32,000 nt of DNA from Candidatus Saccharimonadota bacterium (GTDB lineage Bacteria > Patescibacteriota > Gracilibacteria > Absconditabacterales > Absconditicoccaceae): contig CP006913.1 in the NCBI GenBank assembly GCA_000503875.1, positions 660,001-692,000 of the forward strand. The letters are read 5' to 3'. Positions 1 through 10,796 of this stretch are shown here, piece by piece. The position numbers and the translations under genes are program-made. Within the stretch, counting starts at the first letter, position 1; each line of letters opens with the position of its first letter. Under the pieces are notes generated by a model. It had not been told where the DNA came from, ran no database searches, and saw only the letters and a list, made by a program, of their open reading frames with translations.

Positions 1-1334
1 TTATAGAAAGTGTGGTTGCCAAATTATTCAATAAAGAAACATTGGATAATTTTATGAAAAGTTTTCTCAAAGATGACAGCCAATGGGATGAATGTATTCT
101 TTATATTACTGATTATAAACATTACAAAAAAAACTTCTTTGCTTGAGTACAAAAATATTTAATTACTGCTCTCAAAAAAGAAGGAATAGACCCTTTTGAC
201 GAAGATATTGAAGAATCTGGTTCACGAATTGGTGATGATGAAGAAAGCATAGAAAATCTCAAAATACCAGAAAGAATCAAAAAAGAATCAAAAATTATGG
301 AAAAAATTCTTAATTTTTTTATAACCCTTCTTTGATGATTTTGGATAGCAAGGGGCGAAAGCTTATTCTTAAGATTATATAAACCAAATCTTCTCAAAGA
401 ATTAATTACAACTAATTACGAAAATTTAAAAGAAACCGCTTTGCATACCTATTGATGACTTCTTTATAGCTACGGAAAAAATATATTTTATTACAAATAT
501 ATCTCAGAAAACGTAAGACTTGGAAGACAAAAATTCTATCTTCCTACCAAAAGCACCTCCAAAAACACCTATTCCAATTTTCACATTTTACGTTTAATGG
601 ATGAAAGCGCACTAGCCATTATATTACAAGATATAAACCCCAAAGACATCAAAATATACAACAAAAATAAGCTTTTAATCGAACTTTTTAAAAATCATTT
701 TGGAAAAGAAATATCCAATTTAGTCCAATTAGAAACGACTGATTTTATCAAAACAATATACCAAGATATAGAGCATATTTTCACAAACAAAAACCTGACT
801 ACTATTCTCGAACGTAATTTCAATCAAACTGATCTTTATCATATCAAAGAAAGTTTATATAATATTGATTTTCGAATAAGTAAGGCATATTATCAAGAGA
901 ACAAAAAACAACATGAAAATCAATCACTTTTTGATGGAAATACTTTGTTAGAAATATATGCACAACACAAAGAAACATTATTATGATTTCTTCTCTATCT
1001 AACAAGAATGATACAAAAGCATCCAAATGATAAAGAATTTTTTATTACCCTATACAATAGAAATATTATCCATATTGCTGATCAAGGAATACCAATACGA
1101 AATACTATAATAAGCAATCTTTTCGAAAAATATAAAGACATATTACAAGAAATAATAACCATAGATGATAATTTAGATTTTCTGAGAATAGGTGAAGAAA
1201 ATTTAGAACGATTTACCAAAAAAGTACCAATTCCAGATATTCAAAAACAAATTACTGGAGAAGATTATCTTTGGTTTAAAGGATACCTCAAAAATATCAC
1301 CTACTACAATAAACGCTTTTTTATTCCTAAATAA
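1..1334 (+). CDS. hypothetical protein, C-terminal ~443 aa (5' end outside window)
   Basis: The frame starting at nt 3 is open to TAA 1332-1334 when TGA is read as Gly. The in-frame TGA at 984-986 joins track ORFs 597-986 and 1008-1334, and several TGAs lie upstream. No family recognised. Confidence 0.6.
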
Positions 1335-1339
1335 TATAT

Positions 1340-1774
1340 ATGAAGTGCCCAAAATGTAACAACATGGATACTAAGGTTATTGACTCAAGAAGTATAGAAG
1401 CTGGTCAAACTATCAAACGTAGAAGAGAATGTGAATTTTGCAATAACAGGTTTACTACTTTTGAGAGAAGATGAACTACAGAACTTATTGTTATCAAAAA
1501 AGATTGAACCAAAGAAATGTATGATAGACAAAAGTTAAAAAAAGCGCTTCTTCTTTCTTTTGCCAAAAGAGATATCAATCAAGAAGAATTAGAATGACTT
1601 TTAAACAGCCTAGAAACTCAACGATCTAGTGATTGAAATGAAGTAACATCAGTACAAATTTGAGATGATATACTCAAATCACTAAAAAAAATAGATGCAG
1701 TTGCCTACATAAGATTTGCTTCTGTTTATAGATCATTTAATAACTTAGAAGATTTTAAGAAATTTATAGACTAA
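1340..1774 (+). CDS. nrdR: transcriptional repressor NrdR (144 aa)
   Basis: N-terminal CPKC...CEFC zinc ribbon, RRRECEFC and FTTFER motifs, and C-terminal [13 protein letters not shown] (ATP-cone). Five in-frame TGAs, two at positions that are Gly in remembered NrdR sequences (KKD-G-TKE, VQI-G-DD). Confidence 0.9.
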
Positions 1775-3258
1775 TTCTGAAGTGCCCATTCCAACACCTC
1801 ATCTTCTGGGGTGTCTTTTTTATTAGTGATAATTTTATCGGGAGAAATTCCTATTTCATCAATATTTTTTTTGGATTTTCACATATATCGTTTTGCTACT
1901 GTATATTTAAGCATACTTCCATCATCATATTTCATAAGTTCTTGAACAGATCATTTTCCAAAAGATTTTCCACCTACCAGCAAAGCACCTGTTAAATAAT
2001 CTTTGATAACTCCTGCAAAAATTTCAGAGGCCGAAGCTGATCATTGATTAATCAATACACGAACAGGGATATTTTGGATTTTCGCAGACGGCGAATTCCA
2101 TGCAACAATTTCTTCTGTCATAAATTTAGATTTAATAATAACTGATATCTCTCATGTTGGTACAAAATAATTAAGCATACGAACAACTTCATTTAAGCCT
2201 CATCCTGGATTATTTCTAACATCAAAAATATATTTTGTACATTTTTTAGTAGATAAATCTATCATTGTTTCTTGAAAACTATTAGCAACTCAGAAATCAA
2301 ACATAGCTATATTTACCAAACACACATTTCAATTTTGTTGAGAATATATTTTAGATTCAATATTTGCAATAACAATTTTTGATCTCACAACAGAAAATTC
2401 CAAGATTTTTCCATCTCTGAGAATTTTAAGTTTTACCGTAGTTCATGATGGTCATTTAATCAAAGATGTCGCAGTATTTATAGACATATCTTTATCAACA
2501 AATGTATTGTTAATTTGAACAACCCTATCTCCTCACAACAATCAAATTTTCTCTGCTGGAGATCCTTTAATAGGTGAAATAATAATTAATTCTCCAGGCA
2601 TATTCATTTCTATATAAGCTCCAATACCATAATATTCACCCTGCATTTCTTCATTAAATGTAGTAGCTTCTGTTGGAGGAAAAAAAGAAGTATAAGGATC
2701 ATCTAATCATTCAACCAATCATTTAATTGACCCATACAATAAAGATTTTTGATTAAGTCAGGTATCTGAGACATAATTAGTCAATAATTTTTGATATACA
2801 TCCAGAAATAATGGATTGGACGTAACGTCATTTTCTTCTAGCATAAGTTCTGAAGAGCTATACGTATCAAGCAAAGTTTGAATTTCAAGCAATACTTCTG
2901 TAAACCAATCAACAGTTACTAATGCTTTTTTATCTACAAAAACATCCAAAGAAAAAGAAGGAGCAATAATATTTATAACCTGCTGCTGGGTTATCTGTTT
3001 ATTCAAAGGTAATTCTATATTAGCATTTGGAAATATATCCAAATAAACAGCTTTTTGTAAAATTGGATATAAACTATTTTGCTTAGAAATATTGGGATAT
3101 TTAAGTTCTATATAATTATAACTAGAAGGGATTTTTTGTTTTTGAAGAACAACATTAACATACGTGGTCAAAATTTGTTCAAATGTTAATCCATATTCAG
3201 CAAAAACTGGTGTTACAAAACTTATTATCATCAATACAAACAATCAGATTTTTTTCAT
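1771..3258 (-). CDS. ctp: S41 family C-terminal processing peptidase with signal peptide (495 aa)
   Basis: Starts [20 protein letters not shown]. Carries S41 motifs [21 protein letters not shown], a PDZ-like segment, [20 protein letters not shown] and GISPD. Extends track ORF 2758-3243 across many TGAs. Frame-checked from ATG 3258 to TAG 1773-1771. Confidence 0.85.
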
Positions 3259-3321
3259 AGATGAGAATCATTAATAAAGTATCATCTGTATATTCATTGC
3301 TACGATTGTTTCAAGTTTGAT

Positions 3322-3353
3322 TTTAAAAAAAGGGGCTAGTATTACAGCCCCTT
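3322..3353 (-). terminator. Rho-independent terminator of the 3358-3693 gene
   Basis: Stem AGGGGCT (3331-3337) / AGCCCCT (3346-3352), followed on the minus strand by a U-run (plus-strand A-run 3325-3330). Confidence 0.7.
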
Positions 3354-3357
3354 AGTG

Positions 3358-3693
3358 TTATTGAAATATAATTATGTCTTCTATATCCTTTCGATGGAAA
3401 TGTCTTTCTCCATCATAAAGAATATTAATCAAGTCCCTAAGGACTGAACAAGCGTTATGCTGGACCGAATTAGTCGGTTCAAGCAAGAATAAAACGTTGT
3501 CTTCGAATAAGATGGCAAACCCATCAGAACGAATAATTAAAGAAGTTTTTTGAGAGAATTTAAATTTTTCAAAGAAGAAATTTAAATTCTCTGCATCAAT
3601 TTTTTTAACCTTGGTACTGGTATTTAGATATCCCGTAACCAAACGATCAAAAAGCTCTTTCTCCGTAAATACTTTTTGAGATGTCTCTGTCAT
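3358..3693 (-). CDS. hypothetical protein (111 aa)
   Basis: Intact ORF ATG to TAA with its own terminator. Divergent from the RelA/SpoT-like gene. No family recognised. Confidence 0.6.
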   Translation of the reverse strand: MTETSQKVFTEKELFDRLVTGYLNTSTKVKKIDAENLNFFFEKFKFSQKTSLIIRSDGFAILFEDNVLFLLEPTNSVQHNACSVLRDLINILYDGERHFHRKDIEDIIIFQ

Positions 3694-3775
3694 GATTTTT
3701 TTTGGTTTTTTTTGTTATAGTGCACCAAGCAGTATACATAAGATATTTCCAAAAACAACCTTTTTTTGTAAAAAC

Positions 3776-3803
3776 TTGCTTTTTCTGTAAAATATTATAT
3801 AAT
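3776..3803 (+). promoter_or_regulatory. sigma70-type promoter for the 3834 gene
   Basis: TTGCTT (3776-3781), 16-nt spacer, TATAAT (3798-3803). Confidence 0.5.
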
Positions 3804-3833
3804 AGGTGGCTTTAAATTATTGTAATAATAGTT

Positions 3834-5411
3834 ATGAAAAAAATCACAGAACAAGAACATATTCAAGATTGACATGGAAAAATGCAAGCATGTACCAATT
3901 TAGAATATACAAAAAATAAAATTCATGAAACAATAGCGCGTGATTTAACGGTTTGTTGTACAGAAAAATCTGATGAACATAAGCCATCAGGATTAGATCT
4001 TTTCAATACAAAAGATTTATCAAGAAATAGCTTCAATTTCATTGTAAGTACTATGGTTCAAAAAATAGAACAAAAAAAATCAAAAATACTATTCAATCGC
4101 GATAAGTCTGAATTTACCAAAGAATGATTTGTTTATATAAATGAAATTCTAAATGAAGCTGTAGAATATTACACGACACATCTTCTTCGTAATATAGGCG
4201 ATAATTTTGTAGAAAACAAGAACAAAAAATGAGGTAAAATACATTTTACCAGCACAGAAGAGGTATGGAAATTTTTTAATTATCCTGCTTTAGACAAAGA
4301 AAATTGATCTCCAGCAAAAAAACAAATATATTGTTCTCTTTTGAAAATAGCCTACGCAATCAACGATATCAAAACCAACGAAGATATGATCAATACCGCT
4401 GAAGAAGAATTTTGAGAAATCAAACAAAATGTATTCTTTTCACAATTTCTTGATTATAAGTGACAAGAAGCATCTGAAAGTATCAAAAACGAAGAAAATA
4501 ATTTTCGTTATATCAAATTACAAACAAAGTGTGAAAAATCTATGAAAAGAAATATTATTTTTAACTGCGCTGGAAGAGTAAAAAGAAAAGAACAAATTCT
4601 CGTAAAAGAAATATCAGATCCAAAATATGATAGCGTAGAAGTAATCAAAGATATTTATGGTATTAGAAATGAAGTTAAAACGAGAGAAGATGCACTTTTT
4701 CTTCTAGAATATATGTGGATTCATATCCTCAAAAGATCAGGAGAAATTTCTTATAAAAATATTTTTGGAAATAATTTAGAAGAAAGCCAACGTTTTGTAA
4801 GGGCACATGCAGGTGAATTAGATCCAGAATTTTATGCAGAAGTCTATAAGTCACTCAAAGAAGATACCACTCCTGGAAAAAATAATAAAGATTACAAAGA
4901 TGTAAAAATACGTGGAGATTTGAGTGGACATTCTTGTGAAATCCAGATTAACCTTGTTGATAATAAAAATGAAACGGGATATTCTCATCACTTAATTTTT
5001 GATTGTAAGAAAAAAATTAGAGCGCTTTCAAGATTACAAGGATATATTTCTGAAATTCTTATTCGTAGATATATCAAAGAAGCTATTGAAAAAAGTATAG
5101 AAGAAGCCAAAAAATATTGATGACATGCTGAATTAGTTGGATTAGGAGGATATCATGGATCCGTAGAAAAAATCACAAAAGAACATATAATGAAAGCTGA
5201 AAACACTATCTTTGATTATCTTTTTGAAGAAGAAAAAGATATTTTGAAATTAGAAATACCAGGAGTTAACGCAAATTTACATAATTATATTTCTCGTAGC
5301 ACGTGGAATCATTTTCATAAATGAGGAAAATATGTGAATTTATTTCCTAAGTGAGCTATGGTAAAAGCAGGAAGTAAAGGCGAAAGAACAAATAAAGAGG
5401 TTAAAGTGTAG
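3834..5411 (+). CDS. RelA/SpoT-like nucleotidyltransferase domain protein (525 aa)
   Basis: Joins track ORFs 3882-4127 and 4542-5120 through in-frame TGAs. The central region carries the ordered motifs AGRVKRKEQILVK, DIYGIRNEV, KDYKDV, EIQI and SHHLIFDCKKK, which resemble RelA_SpoT synthetase-fold motifs (GRVKS, DxxGxR, DYI, EIQIRT, HxxYK). Confidence 0.55.
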
Positions 5412-6642
5412 CAACTATCTTTTCAAACTGATCTACTCTATCATACACATTTTTGAACATATCAAAACTTGCAGCTCATGGACTAAAAATAACATGAGAT
5501 AATGCAAGTTTTTTTGCTTGTTCAACAGCTGTTTCTACCGCTTTTTGCAACGAAGGAACAACGATATAAGGAACTTGAGCTTGCCAACATACTTTGATAA
5601 GTTTCTCTGCGGTTTGTCACATCAAAACTGCATATCAAACTTTTGAAATAAATAATTCTGATAATCAACTATAGTCATCTCCTTTATCATATCATCATGC
5701 TATCAACACACATTTTTGGTCAAACGACGATAATGCTGCGGACAACGAATGGGAAGAGGTACAAATTCCATCATCATAAATTTTAACTCCATCAATTTCA
5801 CGAATCAATCCCAAACGATGAGGAAGTGGATGAATTCAAGAAATAACTTCGATAAAACGAGTTTGGGCAACTTGAGGGTCCCATCAACAAGCTTTGCAAT
5901 AACAAAGAACGAGTTCTTGAACCGTTGCCAGATTAATTTTATTATGAGCTCCAAGAAATTTTGTAGGACTTAGATCAAATGACTCCTCTACCTTGGTACC
6001 ACGATTACTCAATAATTCATCCAACAATGACCAGCTGCTCGCTGGCACAAAGAAGGCGTCTCTTGTGCGACGCAACAGCGTCAACTTGCTCTCTTGATAT
6101 TCATCAAAATCTTTGTGCCAGTCCAGATGATCCCTCGCAACATTAAGCAAAATACTATAATCAAAGACGAAATCACGAAGTCCATACAGCATAAACGACG
6201 AACATTCTACCACAAAAATATGGTCTTCATCTTGTTTTTTCTGTTCAATAATTTGAGCCAAAGTTTCAGAAACGGGTATATCAAAATTTCCTGTTATCCG
6301 TACATTTTTTTGTGGAAACATTTCTTTCAACACATGATACGTTACCCACGTCGTTGTAGATTTTCCATTCGTAGCAGTAATTCCAATCCAAGTAGTATTT
6401 TTCAAGCCAATACTCGGCAGCAGACCGGAAAGAAATTGTAATTCTGATTGTATTTTATGTGAATAGCTTTGATATATATGATGAGACTGTTTTACTCCTG
6501 GTGACACCAAAATTACATCAGCATCAGCCAAAATAGCATCATCAAGATCCTGATCATCCATAATACTATGTTGTATATTCATAACGGACAATAAATGTCC
6601 TACTCCATTTCCTACTTTTCCTTTTCAGAATACAATGATCAT
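5401..6642 (-). CDS. murD: UDP-N-acetylmuramoylalanine--D-glutamate ligase MurD (413 aa)
   Basis: N-terminus MIIVFGKGKVGNGVG, then GITATNGKSTT, NVARDHLDWH, HRL, IAGGYDKG (GG encoded TGA TGA) and SPGAASFDMF. Frame-checked from ATG 6642 to TAA 5403-5401. Confidence 0.9.
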
Positions 6643-6744
6643 CTCCAATCCAAAACAAATAAAATGTTTCCTTGAAATACCTTGTTGAATATGTACATAT
6701 TCCTGGAAAAATAACAATATAAATTTTAAACGTAAATCAAACCA

Positions 6745-7527
6745 ATGATAGGATTTTTCGATAGTGGATTTGGCGGCTTACAAACGATGAAAGACTTCCA
6801 AGAACGCTACCCACAATACAATTATATGTTTCTTGCAGACAGCAAAAACTGCCCCTTTGGAGCCAAAGATGGAGAAACAATTAAACAACTCACCTTTGAT
6901 GGAATACAGCGATTATTTGACCACGGCGCAAAAATAGTTATCCTGGCTTGTAATACGGCTGCTGCCTACGCAGTAAGAAGTCGACAAACACAATATCCAG
7001 AGAAAAAAGTGCTTTCGATAACTATTCCTGGAGTAGAAAAGATTCTTACTGAAGAACACAACGAGAGAAAAATAGGAATTCTCGCTACACAAGCGACAAT
7101 TTTATCAAATATTTACACCGATCTTTTTCATAAATTTGGAGGAAAAAACAATCCTGATTTCCAATTTATTATGGCTCCAAAACTTGTAGAACTTGTAGAA
7201 TCTGGGGAAACCAACGAAGAAGAAATTGAATTTATTGTACAAGAACACATCAACAAATTTCACAATATTGATACACTTATTTTGGGTTGCACACACTTTC
7301 CTATTTTGATAGAACATATCAAGAAATTTTTTACCGGAGATATTATAGATCCGTCCAAAGAAGCTGCGATTCAATTTGGAAATTACCTGGAAAGACACCT
7401 AGAGATCAAGGACCAACTGACATCAGGTGGACAAACTACGTACTACACCACCTGATCCCCAGAAATATTTTCTACCATAGGCTCTAGAATCGCAGAAAAA
7501 CAAATCACTGCCCAACTTATTGAGTAA
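6745..7527 (+). CDS. murI: glutamate racemase MurI (260 aa)
   Basis: FDSGFGGL, ACNTAAA and GCTHFP motifs. One in-frame TGA at 7453-7455. Ends at TAA 7525-7527. Confidence 0.9.
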
Positions 7528-8131
7528 TTTTTCCTAAATTTTCCTTAAATTCTTCTACACTAAGATCTTTTTTAAATACCATTCAATCTATTACCATAGA
7601 TCATATTTTGGGCATTTCAATTAATTTTGGTAAAAGTGTATATTTTTTCCTTCATAAAGAATCTTCTCAATTTTTTGCTAATGAAAGAACTACCAAATAT
7701 TTAAAATTATTTTCTTTCTTTAAATATCCATATGGAGATGTTTGCACAAATCTATAATTTTCCAAAAAATCTGGTGTTCATAAAGCAGTTTCCCATCATC
7801 ATTGTGCTGCTTTAGACCATGATCAAATAATCAAATCTCATGTCCCCAATTTATTTACTACATAATTAATTCCATTTTGTATTTTCTCTGTTACAGCAGA
7901 TTTTTGACCAAAAATATATTCAATCAATTTTTCATTAGCTGCTTCAAGTATTACTGTTTTTTCTAATTCAGCGAATGCCGTATCAATAGCTATTTCATAT
8001 ATATATGCATTTCTTTGACTATTTTTTTGCAAAACAACGAACAATTCTTGCTCTGAACAATCGGAATACTCTGGAAATCTTTTTTTAATTGAATCTAAAT
8101 ATTCATGAGAATACTGCTGTTTTTCAATCAT
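7517..8131 (-). CDS. hypothetical protein (204 aa)
   Basis: Track ORF 7838-8131 extended codon by codon through 9 in-frame TGAs to TAA 7519-7517. Overlaps the murI 3' end by 11 nt. Confidence 0.6.
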
Positions 8132-8164
8132 TTTTTAATAATAACAATCTAAATATATGCCATA

Positions 8165-8226
8165 CTTATAATTATTTACCATCTTTTGTCAATAAATATT
8201 GACTTCTAATAGAAAATAGATATAAC
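8165..8226. promoter_or_regulatory. back-to-back divergent sigma70-type promoters
   Basis: Minus strand: TTGACA (8192-8187), 16 nt, TATAAG (8170-8165). Plus strand: TTGACT (8199-8204), 16 nt, TATAAC (8221-8226). The two -35 boxes form the near-palindrome TTGTCAATAAATATTGACTT. Confidence 0.55.
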
Positions 8227-8261
8227 AATAAAAAACAAATAATAAAATGGAGGACAAAACA

Positions 8262-8588
8262 ATGAACAAAAATAAGACATACCGCCTTGGAAATCAAAGC
8301 AAAGAATATCGATTATCAGAAGATTTTCTTGGATTTGTTCCAGAAGGATTTACTAACTGGGATAGTTGGAATGATATATTGGGTGAAAAAAAATATCCTT
8401 GCGATTTATTCTTGGTAAAAGGAGAAGAAAAAATTTCATTTTTTCTCAAAACAATTATCATCAAAGATGCTTTTCCTATGAGCTTCTTCTCAGAAGAAAG
8501 AGCAAAAGATTGGAATATGTTCGCAATTTGCTCTCTTGCTGGTAACAAAGACGAAGAATTTATTATTCCATTGTTCCCATACGAATAA
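8262..8588 (+). CDS. hypothetical small protein (108 aa; alternative start 8247)
   Basis: GGAGG at 8249-8253 lies 8 nt upstream of ATG 8262. TAA stop, followed by a terminator. Confidence 0.65.
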   Translation: MNKNKTYRLGNQSKEYRLSEDFLGFVPEGFTNWDSWNDILGEKKYPCDLFLVKGEEKISFFLKTIIIKDAFPMSFFSEERAKDWNMFAICSLAGNKDEEFIIPLFPYE

Positions 8589-8611
8589 ATGTAATAACAA
8601 TTCTCTATAAT

Positions 8612-8638
8612 CAAGCTCGGTAATCCGGGCTTTTTTTA
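8612..8638 (+). terminator. Rho-independent terminator
   Basis: AGCTCGG (8614-8620) / CCGGGCT (8625-8631) plus a T7 run. Near-identical copy at 11602-11630. Confidence 0.75.
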
Positions 8639-8699
8639 TAATTGAAAACTTATTGCCAAAGAATATACTGATACTAGTTTATCTCATATCTCCACAACC

Positions 8700-8948
8700 A
8701 TGCAAAAGATCTATACCCAATGTCAGTCCTGCGGCATGCCTTTGAAGATGGACAAAGGAAATAGCGGTTCACTGATATACTGTAGTTCATGTTACAAAAA
8801 CGGTAAATTTACTTATCCAAACATATCACTAAAGGAAATGCAGAAGCTAGTCAACGACATATTAAAAAAGGAAATGAAGCGACGAGGTTTTTTTAGATGG
8901 TTAGCAGTAATGCAAATACCGAGATTAGAGAGATGGAGGAAAAAGTAG
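8700..8948 (+). CDS. zinc-ribbon domain protein (82 aa)
   Basis: CQSCGMPL...YCSSCY, two CxxC pairs with the CGMP signature typical of the putative zinc-ribbon family. Confidence 0.65.
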   Translation: MQKIYTQCQSCGMPLKMDKGNSGSLIYCSSCYKNGKFTYPNISLKEMQKLVNDILKKEMKRRGFFRWLAVMQIPRLERWRKK

Positions 8949-9742
8949 TTATTGAAAATTATCCTACAAAGAGTATACTAACACTGCTTTATTATTTATT
9001 CTATTATATGGAAAAAGAACCTTCAACATTACAACAAGAAATAAATACATTAATCACAAAAATTGAACAAGAATTTGATTGAGTTACTCTATGAAACGGA
9101 ATAGGAATTACAGAAGCTATTGCAGTAGATGAATGGTTAGATGAAAATGACAAAGAACGCAAGAAATCAAGAGTATCTGACGAAAGAAATGATCGAAAAA
9201 AATATATTTGCAAAAGAGAGCCAGAAGAAAATTCCTTTGATCATTGGCGATGTTTTTCAGATATTGAATGACGAAGATTCCTTTTACCTGCCTATATGAT
9301 ATCAAGATTAAAAAATTTCTATTTTGCAGATGATGGAATTGTTTTAACAAACTTTGAAAATGAGGAATGGATTAATGAAGAGAATCCTCATAATGAAAAA
9401 TTAGATAGCATGATAAAAGAACTAAAAGAGTTATCCAATGTAGACAAATATAAATCAATGAAAAAAGAAGCATACAATGAAATGATAAAAGAAAGTGAAA
9501 AACTCATAAAAGAAATAGAAAAAGAAAGAAATATCGAGATAAAAGATCCAAAAAAAGATTTTGAAAAGTTATTTTCTGCTGTTTTAACACCTGCACAAAA
9601 AAAAACTATTTTAGACTTCTTAAGTCTTCAAATTAAAATAGCAAATACACAAGAAGTAGCATGAGAACAAGTCGAAGAAAAAGAAAATTTTATAAAATTA
9701 ACAGAAAAGAAAATTAAGTTAGTTAAAAATTTTATAGAGTAA
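8933..9742 (+). CDS. hypothetical protein (~269 aa; start uncertain: 8897, 8933 or 9008)
   Basis: Track ORFs 8897-9082 and 9296-9664 share a frame and are joined by TGAs. Ends at TAA 9740-9742. Lys/Glu-rich, coiled-coil-like C-terminal half. Confidence 0.55.
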
Positions 9743-9766
9743 ATCTGATTTATTTTTAATAATAAT

Positions 9767-10303
9767 ATGAACATCTTTATCATAGGTCCTTGATGAGTAG
9801 GCAAATCAACAAGTGGCAGAATTTTAGCTGATATACTTCAATACAAATTTATCGATTTAGATAAAGAATTTTGCAAAGAAATAGGAGATATCACAGCATA
9901 TATTCCAGCACAATGATATAAAAACTACTGCGAAGAAAATTCTAAATTATTTTATAGATTACTAGAGGAAAACACAGAAGACACGATTTTTGTTCTTTCA
10001 TCAGGATTCTTAGTACACGAAAATCTAGATAAACTGACCACTAAGCACAAAAGAACAATAAAAAAAGGACTTTCTATTTTACTTCTCCCCTCTGAATCCA
10101 AAGGGAAAAGTACAGAAATCGTAGTAGAAAGACAATTATCGAGAGGTTTTGGATTAAATGAAGAAAGAGAAAGACAAAAATTTAGAAAACGTTTTGATAT
10201 CTACAAAAAGTTTGGAAATATAAAGATTTTTTCGACTGATATGCCGGAAAACATAGCCAAAGAGATGGAAGAAAAGGTAGCGAAATTTCACAAAAAAACC
10301 TAG
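9767..10303 (+). CDS. P-loop NTPase, shikimate-kinase-like fold (178 aa)
   Basis: Walker A GPGGVGKST, with the two central Gly encoded by TGA TGA (9791-9796). Layout resembles AroK and related small kinases. Confidence 0.6.
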
Positions 10304-10305
10304 TA

Positions 10306-10333
10306 TTGACTTTTAATAGAAAATATGTATTAT
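10306..10333 (+). promoter_or_regulatory. sigma70-type promoter (homologous to the one at 8199-8226)
   Basis: TTGACT (10306-10311), 16 nt, TATTAT (10328-10333). GGAGG at 10355-10359 precedes ATG 10368. Confidence 0.6.
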
Positions 10334-10367
10334 AAAGAAAATATAAAATAAAAAGGAGGATAATAAA

Positions 10368-10610
10368 ATGGATAAAAAAGACAAGGCTTTCGTACTAGGA
10401 GCTATTCTATTAATAGGGGGAATATTATCTATTCTAATAATTGGGATAGTAACTACGTATTTTGATTTTTTATTGAATACAATGGATTTAAGGATAGAGA
10501 TGCCAGGCTTAAAGGAAGTTCATTCCTCAATCAGCTTTTTTACATCTATATGTTTAATTTTAATTGTATTGGGTGCGCTCATAACAGCATTAAATGTTAA
10601 CAAGAAATAA
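10368..10610 (+). CDS. small membrane protein, two predicted TM helices (80 aa)
   Basis: Strong SD. Hydrophobic stretches FVLGAILLIGGILSILIIGIV and SFFTSICLILIVLGALITAL. TAA stop plus terminator. Confidence 0.7.
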   Translation: MDKKDKAFVLGAILLIGGILSILIIGIVTTYFDFLLNTMDLRIEMPGLKEVHSSISFFTSICLILIVLGALITALNVNKK

Positions 10611-10614
10611 TTAG

Positions 10615-10647
10615 AAAACCCGGTTCTCCGGATTTCTTTTTTTTTAT
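10615..10647 (+). terminator. Rho-independent terminator
   Basis: AACCCGG / CCGGATT hairpin followed by a long T-run. Shares the downstream TATAATTGAAAA with the 8612 terminator. Confidence 0.65.
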
Positions 10648-10738
10648 AATTGAAAAAACTTTCCTAATTTCGACGAATTTATCCAGGATTTGAAGAATTA
10701 TTGAATAAATATAGAGTAATTTTTTTCTCAAACTATAC

Positions 10739-10766
10739 TTGACTTTTTACAAAGAATATCTATAAT
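10739..10766 (+). promoter_or_regulatory. sigma70-type promoter
   Basis: TTGACT (10739-10744), 16 nt, TATAAT (10761-10766). Confidence 0.6.
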
Positions 10767-10796
10767 AATAAAAACGCAAACCTAAAATAAAAAGAT

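Noticed and set aside
122-397. Minus-strand ORFs in the track that lie antisense to coding regions: 122-397, 6094-6441 (+), 7105-7398, 8294-8614, 9004-9350, 10760-11068, 12094-12564, 17300-17551, 24266-24514, 24745-25095, 25574-25941, 29591-29920, 31429-31647.
   Set aside because: Each lies opposite or out of frame to a gene with clear family motifs or a longer table-25 frame. Their sequences are low-complexity shadow translations with no start or terminator context.
1341-1788. An exact 11-mer TGAAGTGCCCA at the nrdR start codon (1341-1351) and again 4 nt after its stop (1778-1788), which could be read as direct repeats bracketing an inserted gene.
   Set aside because: A single 11-nt match is within chance expectation for a 32-kb window. 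Both copies are inside coding sequence (the nrdR N-terminus and the ctp C-terminus), and there are no other mobility signatures. Kept only as a curiosity.
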